Below the pieces are notes generated by a model. It was not told the DNA's origin. It did not search any database and saw only the letters and a program-made list of their open reading frames with translations. DNA of 63,948 nucleotides, counting the filler, from Octopus bimaculoides (lineage: Eukaryota): assembly GCF_001194135.2 (NCBI RefSeq). It is 8 parts of 7 records of this genome, joined end to end, with 100 filler letters (N's around TTAATTAATTAA, not from the genome) between each part and the next. Parts side by side here need not be neighbours in the genome. Positions count along the whole stretch, not along the records: positions 29,254 to 43,783 come from NC_068995.1; positions 43,884 to 51,635 come from NC_069009.1; 6 more parts are not named here. One strand, 5' to 3'. Of the stretch, positions 34,197 through 45,480 are shown piece by piece. Both the position numbers and the translations under genes were made by a program. The stretch's first letter is position 1. Each line of letters opens with the position of its first letter.

Positions 34197-34598
34197 CCAC
34201 AAACAAATATCTGTGTGTGTATAGTTGTGTGTATACATATGTATGCATGTGCATGCGTGTGTATGTATATATATATTACACACATACAAATTAGAACGTT
34301 CGCCTAACAACATAGCTGTATCGTTGTTTTTATGTACCAGCGGGTACACGTTGAAAATCCATAAATGGTAACTGTTCGCTTTTATGTACAGAGACATTAA
34401 TATAGAATTAGCCGCTATGCCTTTGTATTTCACTGATATACTGACAGGTCGTTAGCTAGCTGAGCTCATAATTTTGCTGGAATGGACAGTCAAAGACATA
34501 AATAGCCACCTTTTATACTAGGAATATACATATACATGACCAAGCACGCACGCACGCACATGCACGCTCGCGCGTACGCACGCACACACGCACGCACG

Positions 34599-34689
<91 letters not shown>

Positions 34690-35049
34690 ATACTCTTTAA
34701 TAGAATCGTAAAGCTACATCAGTGACTCAAGCAACGCAAAAAGGTCTACAACGCTAAACTGTGCGGTATTTACTAAGCATCGCAACTCTTTCAAGACGGT
34801 AAGCCTAACTACATTGCATAGTTCTCACACTCTTCCGCCTTCCAAAATGCATCCGATCCTTCTTGTCCGTTGCCAAAAGGACTTCCACCAACTTTGCAGA
34901 ATCCTCTTTTTCTCCACTGCAATTGGTAAAAGTACTCCGAATCGATTCTTACCCCGACCCACCCATACATACATACATACCAAATGCAAACCAACAAGGT
35001 CACTGACCTCTTTCATCATCCCTAAACAATGCGCTCCAAAATTAGACTT

Positions 35050-35900
35050 CTATACTTTACAAGATCTTCCTCTTTATAAGGAGACGTTCTGATCTTCGGG
35101 AAAATGGTACAGTGTACCCTATTCTCTAGAAGAGTAACCTCCCTCTGCCCCTAGCTATTACACTCATTTCCAATATCCCAAAGTTAATAGAAACAGACAT
35201 AAACAATAACAATGGCCTTCTCCAGCACCTTGGTTCTTTTGCTCTCTCTAACGACCACCATTGCGGCTTCTGTAAATCCAGATCTACTGGGACCTACTTT
35301 CCTATTTCACTTCACAGTGGACTCTTACTTCGAGAAATTTGCTTCCGATGTCAGTTAAACCACATTTAACCTTCTTTAGTATGTAAGTCTTCTCTAAATA
35401 TTGCCTACCTATCTAATCCGACTGTCATCTCTTGGATGAGCAGATTTCTGTTCCGTCGCACTAACACGGCTGAACTGACAATGCCCTTTCTGTTCTACAT
35501 CCCATCAACTCAGTTCAGCAGCAAATTCCTAGGGTTCAGCAGCAAATCCAAAACAACTGTTTCACAAATAAAACTTAATCTAATTAGCCCATTATGTTGT
35601 TTTTGCATCAATTTCCCCACTTTTAGCCATCCCATTATCGCCCTACTTTTCTTCAATGCACCCCCTGGATTTTCCCACTGCCCAAAATGGAGCAATACCG
35701 CACACTTTAGGAACCACTGCCTTTACCAACCTCGAAAGTGTCCTTTAATGGCATCATGCCAATCTTTTTTTCTTTTAACAGCAAAAAACACAAGCACGAC
35801 TCTTCAAGAACACAGTATCGCGCCCCACCTTAAGCATGAACAGTACGCAACTGGATCCCTCCAAATCTTAGACCTCACAATCACAAACAATCTTTCCTGG
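35050..35900 (-). mobile_element. Highly decayed retroelement coding remnant, possibly Penelope-like
   Basis: Stop-riddled minus-strand reading with weak resemblance to the PLE RT C-terminus (DCEV*DLEGSS, GDNGMAKSGEIDA, HFPEDQNV). Confidence 0.3.
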
Positions 35901-36038
35901 TGAACGCATATTCTTTACATAGAGAAGACTGCATCTGATTGACTGGACCCTCTCTTCAAGGCCAAAAATTAATTCGACCCTTAACAAATACTAGCTTCCT
36001 ACAAAACTCGAGTGAGACCAACATGGATAACAGACGCG

Positions 36039-36082
<44 letters not shown>

Positions 36083-36348
36083 TTAACACAACAAATGTTC
36101 AGATTGCTGCAAGTAAAGAGTCGAATTAGAAAAACAAAATAATATGTAACAACTTTTCGTACCAGTCAGGTTGTGGTTTTCACATCAGTTCCCGAAAGAC
36201 CACAAGACACTGTGCACATTGTTGACACTATGTTCAGCACCAAATATTTCAGATATTAAAGAAATTGATAATGATAAGCACACAACTTTCTACACAACAA
36301 CCAAGAACAGCTACGTTGACAATGACGATCAGGATGTCTTTCCTTTAT

Positions 36349-36525
36349 CTTTTACTTGTTTTAGTCATTAGACTGCCGCCACGCTGGGACACCGCCTTGA
36401 AGAATTTCAGTCGAACGAATCGACTCCAGTACTTATTCTTTTGAAGCCTAGTACTTATCTAACGTCCCTTTCGTCGAACACACATCAATATCGGTTGTCA
36501 AGAGTTGGTGGGGGGAAAACAAACA

Positions 36526-36574
<49 letters not shown>

Positions 36575-36736
36575 ATACTACATGGTTCTTTCAGCTTCCG
36601 TCTACCAAATCCACTCACAAGGCGTTGGTCGACCCGAAGAAATGGTAAAAGACACTTACCCAAGGTTCCACGCAGTGGGACTGAACCAGGAGTTACGTGG
36701 TTGGGAAGCAAACTTCTTATCACACAGCCCCGCCTC
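36349..36736 (-). mobile_element. SINE family A (full length, CpG largely intact)
   Basis: Same head and tail as the 3027-3437 copy. Confidence 0.85.
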
Positions 36737-36849
36737 ACAATAAAACAAAAATCGAGTAATCGAGTATATACAGAACATGGCTCCTCCAAAAATTAATATA
36801 ATTCAAGTAACGAAAATAACGACGAAGTGATTGTGATCCATGACACTTC

Positions 36850-37200
36850 ACTCCTTCTACGGGACAATATCACTGAAATTTAACAAAATTAGCCATTTCT
36901 GGTGCAATATAAACCAAAGAGATTTGGTAAGAAGACTAATTTCAGAGATTTCAAGAATGAATAGTTTAAATATGTTTGATTTAGCAGCGATGTTGATAAG
37001 TGACAAGATTTGTGTTTGCCTTGTAAAGTGTCCATCCATAGAATATACAAAAGCATCAAGAAGCAGAAAATCGAGAAAACGTGAAAATTATTATTGAAAC
37101 TCTTGTTCACTGATCATCATCATTTATCTTGATGAAGTCTGCAGGGGTCTGCATTAACTTAGACGAAAATTCTTTGGTAACTTTTTGAAAACTCTTCAGC
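36850..37200 (-). mobile_element. pogo/Tigger-like DDE transposase remnant
   Basis: Minus strand MISEQEFQ**FSRFLDF..VYSMDGHFTRQTQILSLINIAAKSNI resembles the GWM..F..WF..F..LxLDGH segment of DDE_1 domains. Confidence 0.4.
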
Positions 37201-37304
37201 CCAACGATATTATTTGGCTAAGAGATATTTAGTTAGCGAAACGCATGATGCGAAGGATATTCCATTATCGTCAATAGAACATCAGACATAATCAGGTAGC
37301 AATA

Positions 37305-37432
37305 TGCCACGAGGTCGACTTTGCCTTTCATCCTTTCGGGGTCGATAAATTAAGTACCAGTTGTGTACTGCTGTCGATCTAATCGACTGGTCCCCTCCCC
37401 CAAAACTTTCGGGTCTTGTGCCTAGAGTAAAA
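37305..37432 (+). mobile_element. SINE family B 3' half
   Basis: GAGGTCGACTTTGCCTTTCATCCTTTCGGGGTCGATAAATTAAGTACCAG..GTGCCTAGAGTAAAAA. Confidence 0.85.
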
Positions 37433-37579
37433 AAAAATGCCACCTCCTGATGTCGCTTGACGTTGTTAATGAAATGGACAAGTTACAATATGCCTTAACC
37501 CTTAACTCCATCATTGTAGGAGAAACCATGGCGTGCTTCATCGGATTCTATCTACTGAAGGAAACTTATGAATTGGGGA

Positions 37580-37829
37580 CGCACAGTAGTATATTAAGAG
37601 TTTATGGGAAAATGTTGCTTTACATATATTTATTGCAAGAAACAGATTTCTTTCTCAAATGTTTTACATAGTTCAACCTACACAAGTTAATGTGTGAAAA
37701 ACAAAATAGGAAATTTGAAAGAAGTATCTATAAAACTAGTTTTAAACATCGGGAGGTTATGGCGATCTATCGGAGTAAAATAGTAATCAAAAAGAGCCAT
37801 AGGTAAAAATGGGTACTGAGAAACGCTGG
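37580..37829 (-). mobile_element. hAT-type MITE, same family as 12654
   Basis: AGTTCAACCTACACAAGTTAATGTGTGAAAAACAAAATAGGAA..TATAAAACTAGTTTTAAACATC is the reverse complement of the 12654 copy's body. Confidence 0.65.
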
Positions 37830-37999
37830 TTTATATCTTCTACAACTTTCTAAAGTCTAGTCCCAAACGACATACACTCTATGTGAGTATCAGAATCGGA
37901 GAACAAACCTCATGGACACATACACTTCAAAGGTGGTATTGTAGATGTGAAGACAAGTCTTCGTAGAGTAATTATCTCATATCATAAAGATATTGCCTG

Positions 38000-38280
38000 A
38001 CCTGACACTTTGTCAACACACTAAGAACAAATACGGATTACAGGATATTATTGAATGATATATCTTATTTTGACTTTTTAATTGGATTGGTTATGCTGGA
38101 AATTATTCTGTCAAACAGCTTCAGTAAATTCTTCCAGAAAAAGACTACAGCTTGTTATAACAGCTAGAAGAAAAGCTACAGCAACCAAGGGAACTCTTGT
38201 TTACTACAGAAATAAAGAAAACTTTGAAAGGATTTGGAATGTTGAGTGAAACAATGAAACATATCATCCAAGAAACATGA
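38000..38280 (+). mobile_element. hAT (ZMYM1/THAP12-like) transposase remnant
   Basis: RILLNDISYFDFLIGLVMLEIILSNSFSKFFQKK resembles the GLL..I.SF.F...LV....IL...LS..LQ.K segment of hAT transposases. Confidence 0.4.
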
Positions 38281-38320
38281 TTCTTATTAATGGAAGCAAG
38301 AGTTCCACATTCTCTTATTC

Positions 38321-38421
38321 TTTTCTTGTTTCACTTATTAGAGTGCGGCCATACTGACGCACTACCTTGAAGAAATAGATCCCAGTACTTATTTTTTTCA
38401 AACCTCGTACTTTTTCTATCG

Positions 38422-38452
<31 letters not shown>

Positions 38453-38570
38453 GAACCACTAAGGATGAAAGGCAAAGTCAACCTCGGCGGAATTTGAACT
38501 CGGAACGTAACGGCAGACGAAATACCGCTAAGCATTTCGCCCAGCGTGCTAACGTTTCTGCCAGCTCGCC
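38321..38570 (-). mobile_element. Chimeric SINE: family B head joined to family A tail
   Basis: 38461-38570 is a family B head (CpG intact); 38321-38460 is a family A tail with an internal T run. Confidence 0.6.
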
Positions 38571-38571
38571 A

Positions 38572-40095
38572 CAAGGTTTCCTTTGAAGCTCTTGACATGG
38601 CCCTTCAGGATCTAAGACACAACACCAGGCTCATGGGAGGTGCCACAGTCTTGCTTGCAGGAGACTTTAGAAAACCCTTCCAGTAGTTCCAAAGGGGACA
38701 AGAGCTGATGAAGTAAATGCCAGCATAAAGTCGTCCTACCTATGGAACAGTGTGCAAAAGCTAAGACTCACGACCAGCATGAAAGTGTAGCTCAGTGGTG
38801 ATGATACAGACAGAACATTTTCAAAGCAACTGTTGGACGTCGGTAGTAGTACTTCGGTTGGCGAGAAGGATGGCCGGGTAAGCTTGCCTTTTGGACATAT
38901 GGTATCTGGTTTAAAGGAACTAATGAATAAGGTGTTTCCTAACCAGAGGAATCAGTTTACAGAAAACAACTGGCTGAAAACACGTGCCATTTTTTAGCTC
39001 TAAAGAAAGTAGCAGTTGATGATTTGAACTTTAAACTCCCACCTCACAACTTGCACCTCAAGATTGGGGCACCAGTTATGCTGCTTCGAAACCTCGATCC
39101 ACCAAAGCTTTGCAATCGCACACGTCTTATAATAAAGAAGATGATGCCAACAGTCTTAGAGACAACAATTTTGACTGGTAAAGCAAGCGGTGAGCCTGTA
39201 TTCATTCCTAGAAGTCTACTTATTCCCTCGGATATGTCTTTCCAGTACAAGCGCCTGCAATTCCCGTTGAAACTGAGCTTCGCAATGAGCTCAGGTGCAG
39301 TCCTTGAACGTGGTAGATCTAAACCTTGCGGAACAAGTTTTCTCCCATGGCCAACTTTGTGTGGGATGCTCAAGAGTCGGCAATCCTAATCATTTGTTTA
39401 TTTATGTCCCACAAGGATAGACCAAAAATGTTGTTTATCAAGAAGCACTGCAAACATAATAAGATTCACCAAATCATCAGGTATTTATTATTTAACTGTA
39501 ATATTTGTAAGTGTTGTAAATGTATTGATAATCTACATGTTGTTTTATTTTAAAATTTATATGCAAATTTATTCGTATGTCTACTGTAAAACTAAATGTC
39601 AGTCTGCTTCTCCATTCATTGTAAATCTATTTCAACACTAGCGCCCATGAAGGTAATATTCCCTGGGAACGCACAAAAGCTCTTTTCAGAGTTATTTACT
39701 TTGAATTGTTATTTGCTCATATCTGATTAGCCTGTTATTACCTAACATACTTGACGATTTTGATATATATACTTAATTGTTATTTCCTCCTAAGTTCTAT
39801 ATACTCTGGGAACGCATTAAAACCCTTTTCGGGACTGCATTATTTCAATTCTTACTATCAGGTAACTAATTTCATGTTATTACGTAATTGACTTCACAAT
39901 TTGGGTATTCATAACTTATTGGTAATTCCTAAAAACAAGATCCTATGTAAAACGGTTCGGTGTTCTCTGTAAATGCATAAAAGCTGTTTGAATGGCTACA
40001 TACTTTGTACTGTTGTTATTAGATTAGCGAAACTATGAGAACGGAACCAAGGCATAAGCCCCGCTTTTCCGGGAATTACCGGGTACGTCAGCTAG
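38572..40095 (+). mobile_element. Helitron 3' portion with decayed PIF1-like helicase
   Basis: FEALDMALQDLR..LMGGATVLLAGDFR..LPVVPKGTRADEVNASIKSSYLW and PPHNLHLKIGAPVMLLRNLDPPKLCN.TRL..FIPR..KRLQFPLKLSFAM; ends CCGGGAATTACCGGGTACGTCAGCTAG|T. Confidence 0.92.
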
Positions 40096-40108
40096 TGTGT
40101 GTGTATAC

Positions 40109-40157
<49 letters not shown>

Positions 40158-40828
40158 NNNNNNNNNNNNNNNNNNNNNNNNNNNNNNNNNNNNNNNNNNN
40201 NNNNNNNNNNNNNNNNNNNNNNNNNNNNNNNNNNNNNNNNNNNNNNNNNNNNNNNNNNNNNNNNNNNNNNNNNNNNNNNNNNNNNNNNNNNNNNNNNNNN
40301 NNNNNNNNNNNNNNNNNNNNNNNNNNNNNNNNNNNNNNNNNNNNNNNNNNNNNNNNNNNNNNNNNNNNNNNNNNNNNNNNNNNNNNNNNNNNNNNNNNNN
40401 NNNNNNNNNNNNNNNNNNNNNNNNNNNNNNNNNNNNNNNNNNNNNNNNNNNNNNNNNNNNNNNNNNNNNNNNNNNNNNNNNNNNNNNNNNNNNNNNNNNN
40501 NNNNNNNNNNNNNNNNNNNNNNNNNNNNNNNNNNNNNNNNNNNNNNNNNNNNNNNNNNNNNNNNNNNNNNNNNNNNNNNNNNNNNNNNNNNNNNNNNNNN
40601 NNNNNNNNNNNNNNNNNNNNNNNNNNNNNNNNNNNNNNNNNNNNNNNNNNNNNNNNNNNNNNNNNNNNNNNNNNNNNNNNNNNNNNNNNNNNNNNNNNNN
40701 NNNNNNNNNNNNNNNNNNNNNNNNNNNNNNNNNNNNNNNNNNNNNNNNNNNNNNNNNNNNNNNNNNNNNNNNNNNNNNNNNNNNNNNNNNNNNNNNNNNN
40801 NNNNNNNATTTTTTCTATTTCCAAGACC

Positions 40829-40890
<62 letters not shown>

Positions 40891-42694
40891 ACATACATTA
40901 TATATTATGTATTGCAGATTTCATTTTTAAAACTGTTAGGGAGTGACTTAATATCAAATGAACCCCGGTTCTTCTGCATCTGCATAAATCGTTGTTGCTA
41001 AGAACGCTTACTTCACTGATTTGTATCTACACGTTGTACTTGTTTACAGTTAACTAAACTGAGTCTGTTAATAACGAAATGTTTCGACTGTGCACAGAGC
41101 ACAGCGCTGCGATGGAATATGAACCGAAAGTTTCAACTGGTTGGACGATACTTAAGCGATTTGGTTACCTGTTGACCTAATACAATCCAGTATATAATAT
41201 CAATAATATCCAGAAAAAATATTAATATAACTAGAAGCACAAACACGCACACACATGCTCACACACACACGCTCACACGAGCGAGCCCGTGCGCACACAC
41301 ACGCACACACGCACTCACACACACACACACACATACACACACACACATACACACACACATACACACTGATAGAAATATATTGCTTCATAGATTTCAACGC
41401 TTCTTATTACATTTGCTTTGACATACCAATACATACACACATGAATACAGAAACACTCACACATACACGAACTCAAACACACACACACATATGAATATAT
41501 ACATTGCTATTAAACAACAAAGTATTAATAAGTGTAACACTATTAAACACTCACCTTTAGTGTTGTATAAGTTCATAACAAACGATTTCCAATATTCAAC
41601 TTCATTTACTTTCTTTTTTACTTTCGTTTCGTCTACATTTTTTTTTTTTCTACTTTTCGATATTTTACGCTATATTATCGTTCAGAAAGGCATGAACGCA
41701 GCATAATCACTAGTATTTTTCCTGTGTTAAGTCTGGCTTTTGATGCTTCTCACTAATGAATTAATATTTTATGGTCAAAGTAGCTATTCAAAAACGTTTT
41801 CATTGATCACCGTATAATGAACTTCAAGTGAGGTTCTAATAGTCATTCAAATGTTTTGTTTTTGGTATATGTCAATCATTGAGTACTGAATTCACAACTT
41901 CTCATCTCTTTCTCTCTCTTCTCCTTCGCTGTTTGTCTTCTAAAAAACACCTTTACTCTTCATTAGTAGTTCGTTACTCGGGTGTTACGACCTAGGTAAC
42001 GTTTCAAGCCATTCGGAGTTAGTTAGCGTAGGCCAGGTGGAGACAACTCGCACATATCACCAACACCTTCACCACCACTGCCTTCATGAATTCAAAACCT
42101 TCGATTGTACTTATTGATTTTTTAAAGTTTTTCTTTTCTTTTTTTATTACAATATACTGTCAGTTTCTTTCATTATCAGTAAATAATATCTAAACAATTG
42201 TTGATTAAAGCTAGTATCAGTTAACTCACAGACACTAGCTTCTATATTGTTTTTAACCTTTTCCCATTTGTCCTGTTCAATCCCCTAAACTGATATCTGA
42301 ATTTTTTTTTTTTTTCTTGATAGAAAGCTTATTTCACTCTTCTTCCACCACAACTTACAATAATGTTAATATCCTCATAGCTTTGGTTGCTTACGACGCC
42401 ATACTGTCAACACATCCTATGACAACCATTCATTGTCAGTTGACTGGCTGGCTTGACAGGTGGCGGGGGTGGTTTTTATGTTTATATTGTGGCGTAGAAG
42501 AAAAGGAGTCCTCGATACAGTTTGAAAGTGTGTAGAGCAGTTTATACACTAATTTAAACAAAGATCACAGCGTCCTGAATTGTGATTTCGTTTGCTTAGT
42601 TCTTCGGTTGACCAAATAAAACAGAATTTCGGATGGTGTAAACCTAGCACGAATTTTCACACTCCCTCATACATATTATGTATGTGTGTGTGTG

Positions 42695-42748
<54 letters not shown>

Positions 42749-42778
42749 TACATACATGTAGGTATTTATTCTTCTATT

Positions 42779-42960
42779 CTTTTACTTGTTTCAGTCATTT
42801 GACTGCGGCCATGGTGGAGCACCACCTTTAGTCGAACAAATCGACCCCAGGACTTATTCTTTGTAAGCCTAGTACTTATTCTATCGGTCTCTTTTGTCGA
42901 ACCGCTAATGTTACGGGGACGTAAACACACCAACATTGGTTTTCAAGCGATGATGGGGGA
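42779..42960 (-). mobile_element. SINE family A 3' half
   Basis: CTTTTACTTGTTTCAGTCATTTGACTGCGGCCATG..GAACCGCTAATGTTACGGGGACGTAAACACACC. Confidence 0.88.
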
Positions 42961-43132
42961 ATCTGGGCAAAATACTTTATAAGCTCTCTGTTAATACGTC
43001 AGGCAAACAATATTGTTTTAATTAGTAAAGAATTCCGCGTATTCTTGAGGTTGGGTCCGAGGTTATAGTTCAAAACCATTCTATATTGTAAATCTATGGT
43101 TCTGCTTCTGTTATACTGGCTTTAACACATGA

Positions 43133-43135
<3 letters not shown>

Positions 43136-43177
<42 letters not shown>

Positions 43178-43188
43178 NNNNNNNNNNC

Positions 43189-43236
<48 letters not shown>

Positions 43237-43337
43237 GGACGGACGGACGGACGGACGGAAGGACAGACAGACAGGTAGGTAGGTAGGTAGGTAAGCAAGC
43301 AGGCAGGCAGACAGACAGACAGACAGAAGACAGACAG

Positions 43338-43385
<48 letters not shown>

Positions 43386-43410
43386 TGATTGATTGATTGA
43401 TTTATTTATT
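43136..43410. repeat. Compound tetranucleotide microsatellite
   Basis: (GATA)n-gap-(GACA)n-(GACG)n-(GGTA)n-(GGCA)n-(GACA)n-(GATA)n-(GATT)n-(ATTT)n. Confidence 0.95.
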
Positions 43411-43525
43411 TAGCCACTCAAGGCCGAACACAGAGGGGACAATACAATGTTGAATTTTTCTTTTCAAAACCGATCAATAGGGGTCGAAAGACGTTTTGAG
43501 GCGTGTACACAATTAGATAACAAGG
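43400..43525 (-). mobile_element. Probable LINE 3' end with (AAAT)n tail
   Basis: Minus strand ..GTCCCCTCTGTGTTCGGCCTTGAGTGGCTAAATAAATAAAT running into the microsatellite. Confidence 0.4.
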
Positions 43526-45127
43526 TGTCGTGTTTAACAATTTAAATTCCCAAAAGGGGGAGAAATATATAACACTGACTAGAGTTATCTGTGGAGAGAA
43601 AACCCTACGTAAAAAAAAAAAACAGGGTAATCTCGGAAAAAGGAAAATATATGAGAGCAAAGAGCCTCTCTCTTTTTGTTTTATAGGTTCATGCTCAAAG
43701 TGGTTCCGTCATTCATATGTACCATCTTTGCTGCATTCACCCACCTTTTATTAAACCTCTCTCAAGACAAAACTTCCCTCTTCNNNNNNNNNNNNNNNNN
43801 NNNNNNNNNNNNNNNNNNNNNNNNNNNTTAATTAATTAANNNNNNNNNNNNNNNNNNNNNNNNNNNNNNNNNNNNNNNNNNNNTTATCGCAGAAGTATCG
43901 CTAATGGAAACGAATAAAATAAGGCCTTCGGGCCAGACAGAAAACGAAAATAGTCAATGCTGGGAGAATAACAGTCCGGTTTGTTTTCTTCTCGGTCCCT
44001 CGTACATCCGCTAATTGTCTCGTTTTAGATTATATTTATTCCACATTTGTATGTTAACTGTCTATATCGCATTCTTGTCTGTTTGTACATGTTTTTTTTG
44101 TCTTGTTCCTTGTTTTTTTTATTCGCCAATTCGCGAAGGCTTCTGCTGTCGGCGCCAGCACTAGGGGATTTGATATTATCGATTAGGCTCGAAATTGCGA
44201 TTGACCCGCTGGTCCGATAACTGATGAGTTGGACTCTATCTATGTCTGTTTCCCGTTTGTTTGTACACTTATATGTTATTTAACTCATTACATACATACA
44301 TACATATCCTGTCTGTATCTTTACATCTAAATTATTGATTACTATTTATTGGTGATTCAGGTTCAAGCTGGCAGAAAGTATTTGAGATGACTGAAAACTC
44401 ATTTAAAAGAAGTCCTATTTATTTATATTGGGACAAATTGCCTATTGAAAAGGTAATGAACTTTTGAAACTTCAAAATGAATCTCAGTTAATAAACAATC
44501 TACATATTTGTCAATCCTAAATCCAAATTCTTTCTCACCCTCCATCTTAATCTTACACTTCTTCAATCTCTATTTTACATTCCGTCCTCTCACTTTCACT
44601 CCTTCTCTCTCTCTCTCCCCCCTCTCTCTCTCTTTCTCTCTTCCCCGCTTTTTGTGACTTCTCTAATTTTACTCTCTTTTGTTCTGACTCTCTCTTACTC
44701 TCACTCTTCCTTCACTTTTCCCTGTCTCCTTCTCTCCCTCCTACTCTCTCCCCGTATCACATCATAACCTCTTTTCTCTTTATACTACTCTATCTTCCCT
44801 CATTTGCTTAGATTCTTTACGGATCAGTTAACTTTCTATTTGCAGGTTCAGTTTCAGTTGATTGATAAATGGCCTACAACTGTATTCATTTTCAACGGTA
44901 CAGGGACAAATTCTACATCGTGGTTCCAGAAAGACAAAGTCCTTGTAAATCCACTGCAGGACTGGGATCTACAGGACCTTACTTTCAATGAGAAGTATAT
45001 ATTACCTTTTTGCTCGTAATTAACATCTTTAATTATTTTGTAATTAGTCTTTTGAACACTTTCACAATCAATATTTAAGAGGAAAGTTTACAGATATACT
45101 TTGTATCTCAATGATGTATAATATTAT

Positions 45128-45480
45128 GGTTGGCACTCCGTCGCTTAACGACGACGAGGGTTCTAGTTGATCCGATCAACGGAACAGCCTGCTCGTGAAA
45201 TTAACGTGCAAATGGCTGAGCACTCCACAGACACGTGTACCCTTAACGTAGTTCTTGGGGATATTCGGCGTGACACAGAGTGTGACAAGGCTGACCCTTT
45301 GAATTACAGGAACAACAGAAACAGGAAGAAAGAGCGAGAGAAAGTTGTGGTGGAAGAGTACAGCAGGGTTCGCCACCATCCCCTGCCGGAGCATCGTGGA
45401 ACTTTTAGGTGTTTTCGCTCAATAAACACTCATAACGCCTGGTCTGGGAATCGAAACTGCAATCCTATGACCGCGAGTCC
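45128..45480 (-). mobile_element. tRNA-derived SINE family C (head cut by gap)
   Basis: Inverted near-copy of 27735-28090. Confidence 0.9.

Noticed and set aside
44221-44240. Hammerhead calls at CTGATGA 44221, 50284, 8194 and minus 26775, and CTGAGGA 32007 and 48275
   Set aside because: No correctly placed GAAA after stem II, or no stem I/III; several lie inside coding remnants.
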